The translations under genes were made by a program, and so were the position numbers. Shown one piece after another: positions 57,701-64,000 of a stretch of DNA of 64,000 nucleotides. The notes under the pieces are model-generated. The model was given only the letters and a program-made list of their open reading frames with translations. It did no database searches and was not told the DNA's origin. This stretch comes from Azolla caroliniana (lineage: Eukaryota; Plantae; Polypodiophyta), in NCBI GenBank assembly GCA_043228905.1, contig JBHGNT010000026.1:434001-498000 (forward strand). The letters run 5' to 3'. Positions within the stretch are counted from its first letter, which is position 1, and each line of letters starts with the position of its first letter.

Positions 57701-60700
57701 GTTCATACCTAGCGAGTGTGATATCGGATTTTTGTGTACAAACATGCGAATCGAAGCTAACAACGCTAGCTATGATATGGAATTAAAAAATCAAGATTTT
57801 GAAACTCAGGTCGAGAGACATGACGAAATTTCCAAATTTCACGAGGGAGTTGACAAGAGCTAGTAGGTAAATTATAATGTTCATACCTGGTTCGTGTGAT
57901 ATCGGATTTTTGTGTTCAAACATGCGAATCGAAGCTAACAACACTAGCTATGATATGGAATTACAAAATCAAGATTTTGAAACTCAGGTCGAGAGACATG
58001 ACGAAATTACCAAATTTGAGGAGGGAGTTGAGAGGGGCCCTTGAGTAAATTAAAATGTTCATACCTAGCGAGTGTGATATCGGATTTTTGTGTTCAAACA
58101 TGCGAATCGAAGCTAACAATGCTAGCTGTGATTTGGAATTAAAAAATCAAGATTTTGATACTCAGGTCGAGAGACATGACGAAATTAGCAAATTTGAGGA
58201 GTGAGTTGAGAGGAGCCCTTGAGTAAATTAAAATGGTCATACCTAGCGAGTGTGATATCGGATTTTTGTGTTCAAACATGCGAATCGAAGCTAACAACGC
58301 TAGCTGTGATTTGGAATTAAAAAATCAAGATTTTGATACTCAGGTCGAGAGACATGACGAAATTAGCAAATTTGAGGAGTGAGTTGAGAGGAGCCCTTGA
58401 GTAAATTAAAATGGTCATACCTAGCGAGTGTGATATCGGATTTTTGTGTACAAACATGCGAATCGAAGCTAACAACGCTAGCTATGATATGGAATTAAAA
58501 AATCAAGATTTTGAAACTCAGGTCGAGAGACATGACGAAATTTCCAAATTTCAGGAGGGAGTTGACAAGAGCTAGTAGGTAAATTATAATGTTCATACCT
58601 GGTTCGTGTGATATCGGATTTTTGTGTTCAAACATGCGAATCGAAGCTAACAACGCTAGCTATGATATGGAATTACAAAATCAAGATTTTGAAACTCAGG
58701 TCGAGAGACATGACGAAATTACCAAATTTCAGGAGGGAGTTGAGAGGAGCCCTTGAGTAAATCAAAATGTTCATACCTAGCGAGTGTGATATCGCACTTT
58801 TGTGTACAAACATGCGAATCGAAGCTAACAACGCTAGCTATGATATGGAATTAAAAAATCAAGATTTTGAAACTCAGGTCGAGAGACATGACGAAATTAC
58901 CAAATTTGAGGAGTGAGTTGAGAGGAGCCCTTGAATAATTTAAAATGGTCATACCTAGCGAGTGTGATATCGGATTTTTGTGTACAAACATGCGAATCGA
59001 AGCTAACAACGCTAGCTATGATATGGAATTAAAAAATCAAGAGTTTGAAACTCAGGTCGAGAGACATGACAAAATTTCCAAATTTCAGGAGGGAGTTGAG
59101 AAGAGCTAGTAGGTAAATTATAATGTTCATACCTAGTTCGTGTGATATCGGATTTTTGTGTTCAAACATTCGAATCGAAGGTAACAACGCTAGCTATGAT
59201 ATGGAATTAAAAAATCAAGATTTTGAAACTCCAGTCGAGAGACATGAGGAAATTTCCAAATTTGAGGAGTGACGTTGGAAGAGCGCGTGAGTGAATTAAA
59301 ATGTTCATACCTGGCTCGTGTGATATCGGATTTTTGTGTTCAAACATGCGAATCGAAGCTAACAACGCTAGCTATGATATGGAATTAAGAAATCAAGATT
59401 TTGACACTCAGGTCGAGAGACATGACGAAATTAGCAAATTTGAGGAGTGAGGTGAGAGGAGCCCTTGAGTAAATTAAAATGGTCATACTTAGCGAGTGTG
59501 ATATCGGATTTTTGTGTACAAACATGCGAATCGAAGCTAACAACGCTAGCTATGATATGGAATTAAAAAATCAAGATTTTGAAACTCAGGTCGAGAGACA
59601 TGACGACATTTCCAAATTTCAGGAGGGAGTTGAGAAGAGCTAGTAGGTAAATTATAATGTTCATACCTGGTTCGTGTGATATTGGATTTTTGTGTTCAAA
59701 CATTCGAATCGAAGCTAACAACGCTAGCTATGATATGGAATTACAAAATCAAGATTTTGAAACTCCAGTCGAGAGACATGATGAAATTGCCAAATTTGAC
59801 GAGTGACGTTGGAAGAGCGCGTGAGTGAATTAAAATGTTCATACCTGGCTCGTGTGATATCGGATTTTTGTGTTCAAACATGCAAATCGAAGCTAACAAC
59901 GCTAGCTATGATATGGAATTAAAAAATCAATATTTTGAAAATCAGGTCGAGAGGCATGACGAAATTAGCAAATTTGAGGAGTGAGTTGAGAGGAGCCCTT
60001 GAGTAAATTAAAATGTTCATACCTAGTGAGCGTGATATCGGATTTTTGTGTTCAAACATGCGAATCGAAGCTAACAACGCTAGCTATGATATGGAATTAA
60101 AAAATCAAGATTTTGAAACTAAGGTTGAGAGACATGACGAAATTAGCAAATTTGAGGAGTGACTTTGGAAGAGCGCGTGAGTGAATTAAAATGTTCATAC
60201 CTGGCTCGTGTGATATCGGATTTTTGTGTTCAAACATGCTAATCGAAGCTAACAACGCTAGCTATGATATGGAATTAAAAAATCAAGATTTTGAAACTCA
60301 GGTCCAGATACATGACGAAATTAGCAAATTTGAGGAGTGAGTTGAGAGGAGCCCTTGAGTAAATTAAAATGTTCATACATAGCGAGTGTGATATCGGATT
60401 TTTGTGTGCAAACATGCGAATCGAAGCTAACAACGCTAGCTATGATATGGAATTAAAAAATCAAGATTTTGAAACTCAGGTCGAGAGACATGACGAAATT
60501 ACCAAATTTGAGGAGGGGGTTGAGAGGGGCCCTTGAGTAAATTAAAATGTTCATACCTAGCTCGTGTGATATCGGATTTTTGTGTTCAAACATGCGAATC
60601 GAAGCTAACAACGCTAGCTATGATATGGAATAAAAAAAACAAGATTTTGAAACTCAGGTCGAGAGACATGACGAAATTACCAAATTTGAGGAGTGAGTTG

Positions 60701-63700
60701 AGAGGAGCCCTTGAGTAAATTAAAATGGTCATACCTAGCGAGTGTAATATCGGATTTTTGTGTACAAACATGCGAATCGAAGCTAACAACGCTAGCTATG
60801 ATATGGAATTAAAAAATCAAGAGTTTGAAACTCAGGTCGAGAGACATGACAAAATTTCCAAATTTCAGGAGGGAGTTGAGAAGAGCTAGTAGGTAAATTA
60901 TAATGTTCATACCTAGTTCGTGTGATATCGGATTTTTGTGTTCAAACATTCGAATCGAAGGTAACAACGCTAGCTATGATATGGAATTAAAAAATCAAGA
61001 TTTTGAAACTCCAGTCGAGAGACATGATGAAATTTCCAAATTTGAGGAGTGACGTTGGAAGAGCGCGTGAGTGAATTAAAATGTTCATACCTGGCTCGTG
61101 TGATATCGGATTTTTGTGTTCAAACATGCGAATCGAAGCTAACAACGCTAGCTATGATATGGAATTAAGAAATCAAGATTTTGACACTCAGGTCGAGAGA
61201 CATGACGAAATTAGCAAATTTGATGAGTGAGTTGAGAGGAGCCCTTGAGTAAATTAAAATGGTCATACCTAGCGAGTGTAATATCGGATTTTTGTGTACA
61301 AACATGCGAATCGAAGCTAACAACGCTAGCAATGATATGGAATTAAAAAATCAAGATTTTGAAACTCAGGTCGAGAGACATGACGAAATTACCAAATTTG
61401 AGGAGGGAGTTGAGAAGAGCTAGTAGGTAAATTATAATGTTCATACCTGGCTCGTGTGATATCGGTTTTTTGTGTTCAAACATGCAAATCGAAGCTAACA
61501 ACGCTAGCTATGATATAGAATTAAAAAATAAAGATTTTGAAACTCAGGTCGAGAGACATGACGAAATTACCAAATTTGAGGAGGGGGTTGAGAAGGGCCC
61601 TTGAGTAAATTAAAATGTTCATACCTAGCTCGTGTGATATCGGATTTTTGTGTTCAAACATGCGAATCGAAGCTAACAACGCTAGCTATGATATGGAATA
61701 AAAAAAACAAGATTTTGAAACTCAGGTCGAGAGACATGACGAAATTACCAAATTTGAGGAGTGAGTTGAGAGGAGCCCTTGAGTAAATTAAAATGGTCAT
61801 ACCTAGCTAGTGTGATATCGGATTTTTGTGTTCAAACATGCGAATCGAAGCTAACAACGTTAGCTATGATATGGAATTAAAAAATCAAGATTTTGAAACT
61901 CAGGTCGAGAGACATGACGAAATTTCCAAATTTCAGGAGGGAGTTGAGAAGAGCTAGTAGGTAAATTATAATGTTCATACCTAGCTCGTGTTATATCGGA
62001 TTTTTGTGTTCAAACATGCGAATCGAAGCTAACAACGCTAGCAATGATATGGAATTAAAAAATCAAGATTTTGAAACTCAGGTCGAGAGACATGACGAAA
62101 TTACCAAATTTGAGGAGGGAGTTGAGAAGAGCTAGTAGGTAAATTATAATGTTCATACCTGGCTCGTGTGATATCGGTTTTTTGTGTTCAAACATGCAAA
62201 TCGAAGCTAACAACGCTAGCTATGATATAGAATTAAAAAATAAAGATTTTGAAACTCAGGTCGAGAGACATGACGAAATTACCAAATTTGAGGAGTGAGT
62301 TGAGAGGAGCCCTTGAGTAAATTAAAATGGTCATACCTAGCGAGTGTAATATCGGATTTTTGTGTACAAACATGCGAATCGAAGCTAACAACGCTAGCTA
62401 TGATATGGAATTACAAAATCAAGATTTTGAAACTCAGGTCGAGAGATATGACGAAATTAGCAAATTTGAGGAGTGAGTTGAGAGGAGCCCTTGAGTAAAT
62501 TAAAATGGTCATACCTAGCGAGTGTAATATCGGATTTTTGTGTACAAACATGCGAATCGAAGCTAACAAGGCTAGCTATGATATGGAATTACAAAATCAA
62601 GATTTTGAAACTCAGGTCGAGAGATATGACGAAATTAGCAAATTTGAGGAGTGAGTTGAGAGGAGCCCTTGAGTAAATTAAAATGGTCATACCTAGCGAG
62701 TGTGATATCGGATTTTTGTGTTCAAACATGCGAATCTAAGCTAAATACGCTAGCTATGATATGGAATTAAAAAATCAAGATTTTGAATCTCAGGTCGAGA
62801 GACATGACGAAATTACCAAATTTGAGGAGCGAGTTAAGAAGAGCTATTAGGTAAATTACAATGTTCATACCTGGCTCGTGTGATATCGGTTTTTTGTGTT
62901 CAAACATGCGAATCGAAGCTAACAATGCTAGCTATGATATGGAATTAAAAAATCAAGATTTTGAAACTCAGGTCGAGAGACATGACGAAATTTCCAAATT
63001 TCAGGAGGGAGTTGAGAAGAGCTAGTAGGTAAATTAAAATGGTTATACCTAGCGAGTGTGATATCGGATTTTTGTGTTCAAACATGCGAATCGAAGCTAA
63101 TAACGCTAGCTATGATATGGAATTAAAAAATCAAGATTTTGCAACTCAAGTCGAGAGACATAAAGAAATTACCAAATTTGAGGAGTGAGGTTGGAAGAGC
63201 GCGTGAGTGAATTAAAATGTTCATACCTGGCTCGTGTGATATCGGATTTTTGTGTTCAAACATGCGAATCGAAGCTAACAACGCTAGCAATGATATGGAA
63301 TTAAAAAATCAAGATTTTGAAACTCAGGTCGAGAGACATGACGAAATTAGCAAATTTGAGGAGTGAGTTGAGAGGAGCCCTTGAGTAAATTAAAATGGTC
63401 ATACCTAGCGAGTGTGATATCGGATTTTTGTGTACAAACATGCGAATCGAAGCTAACAACGCTAGCTATGATATGGAATTAAAAAATCAAGATTTTGAAA
63501 CCCAGGTCGAGAGACATGACGAAATTAGCAAATTTGAGGAGTGAGTTAGGAGGAGCCCTTGAGTAAATTAAAATGGTCATACCTAGCGAGTGTGATATCG
63601 GATTTTTGTGTACAAACATGCGAATCGAAGCTAACAACGCTAGCTATGATATGGAATTAAAAAATCAAGATTTTGAAACTCAGGTCGAGAGACATGACGA

Positions 63701-64000
63701 CATTTCCAAATTTCAGGAGGGAGTAGAGAAGAGCTTGTAGGTAAATTATAATGTTCATACCTGGTTCGTGTGTATTGGATTTTTGTGTTCAAACATTCGA
63801 ATCGAAGCTAACAACGCTAGCTATGATATGGAATTACAAAATCAAGATTTTGAAACTCCAGTCGAGAGACATGATAAAATTACCAAATTTGAGGAGTGAC
63901 GTTGGAAGAGCGCGTGAGTGAATTAAAATGTTCATACCTGGCTCGTGTGATATCGGATTTTTGTGTTCAAACATGCGAATCGAAGCTAACAACGCTAGCT
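45295..64000. repeat. 55-monomer (9787 bp) tandem duplication; unit 1 is about 45295-55081 and unit 2 runs from about 55082 to the window end
   Basis: ORF pairs 46668/56455, 50746/60533, 51814/61601, 52526/62313 and 52704/62491 are all 9787 bp apart. This equals 55x178+1-3-1, accounted for by indels near 46826, 47150 and 53986 that recur in unit 2. Confidence 0.95.

Larger units (their letters stand above)
1..64000. repeat. 178-bp satellite tandem array, about 360 monomers, probably centromeric or heterochromatic
   Basis: The consensus ttgagtaaattaaaatg(g/t)tcatacctagcgagtgtgatatcggatttttgtgt(a/t)caaacatgcgaatcgaagctaacaacgctagctatgatatggaattaaaaaatcaagattttgaaactcaggtcgagagacatgacgaaattaccaaatttgaggagtgagttgagaggagccc (178 nt) recurs without interruption. 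ORF starts recur at multiples of 178 (e.g. 11124/11302, 12904/13082, 52526/52704). The centromeric role is inferred from monomer length only. Confidence 0.99.

Noticed and set aside
1149-62676. More than 100 near-identical 60-106 aa ORFs on both strands
   Set aside because: Each is about one monomer long because 178 is not divisible by 3. They appear only when a SNP removes a TAA stop, mostly begin at TTG/GTG, and show no recognisable domain. They are not credible CDSs or a peptide cassette system.
1-64000. CRISPR-like or integron-like array, with the variable box as 'spacer'
   Set aside because: The variable segments are a few homologous, recurring haplotypes rather than unique spacers. The constant part is over 130 bp, and there are no cas or integrase genes.
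1-64000. Identification as Arabidopsis CEN178 on the basis of monomer length
   Set aside because: The length matches, but I do not recognise the CEN178 sequence and the consensus lacks its characteristic HindIII (aagctt) site. Length alone is not diagnostic.
1-64000. Tandem 5S rRNA, tRNA or snRNA gene array
   Set aside because: I see no recognisable 5S, tRNA cloverleaf or Pol III A/B/C box sequence in the monomer on either strand.

Overview
The whole 64-kb window is one uninterrupted, head-to-tail array of a 178-bp satellite monomer (about 360 copies, about 38% GC, all in one orientation). I see no genes, RNA genes, transposon insertions or CRISPR arrays. All listed ORFs are read-throughs of the monomer. 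Monomer length and homogeneity are typical of eukaryotic centromeric or heterochromatic satellite DNA, but I cannot assign the family or species. The informative structure lies in the variant pattern. Several monomer subtypes are arranged in patchy higher-order repeats (HORs) of 5, 6, 7, 10, 11, 12, 13 and 18 monomers. A 55-monomer (9,787-bp) tandem duplication contains nested 11-mers. There is a sharp subfamily boundary near 43 kb, a few phase-shifting indels with readable junctions, and an apparent gene-conversion tract of about 0.4 kb whose order of events can be inferred. I found no evidence for a novel protein-coding system. All comparisons were made by eye, so boundaries are approximate.
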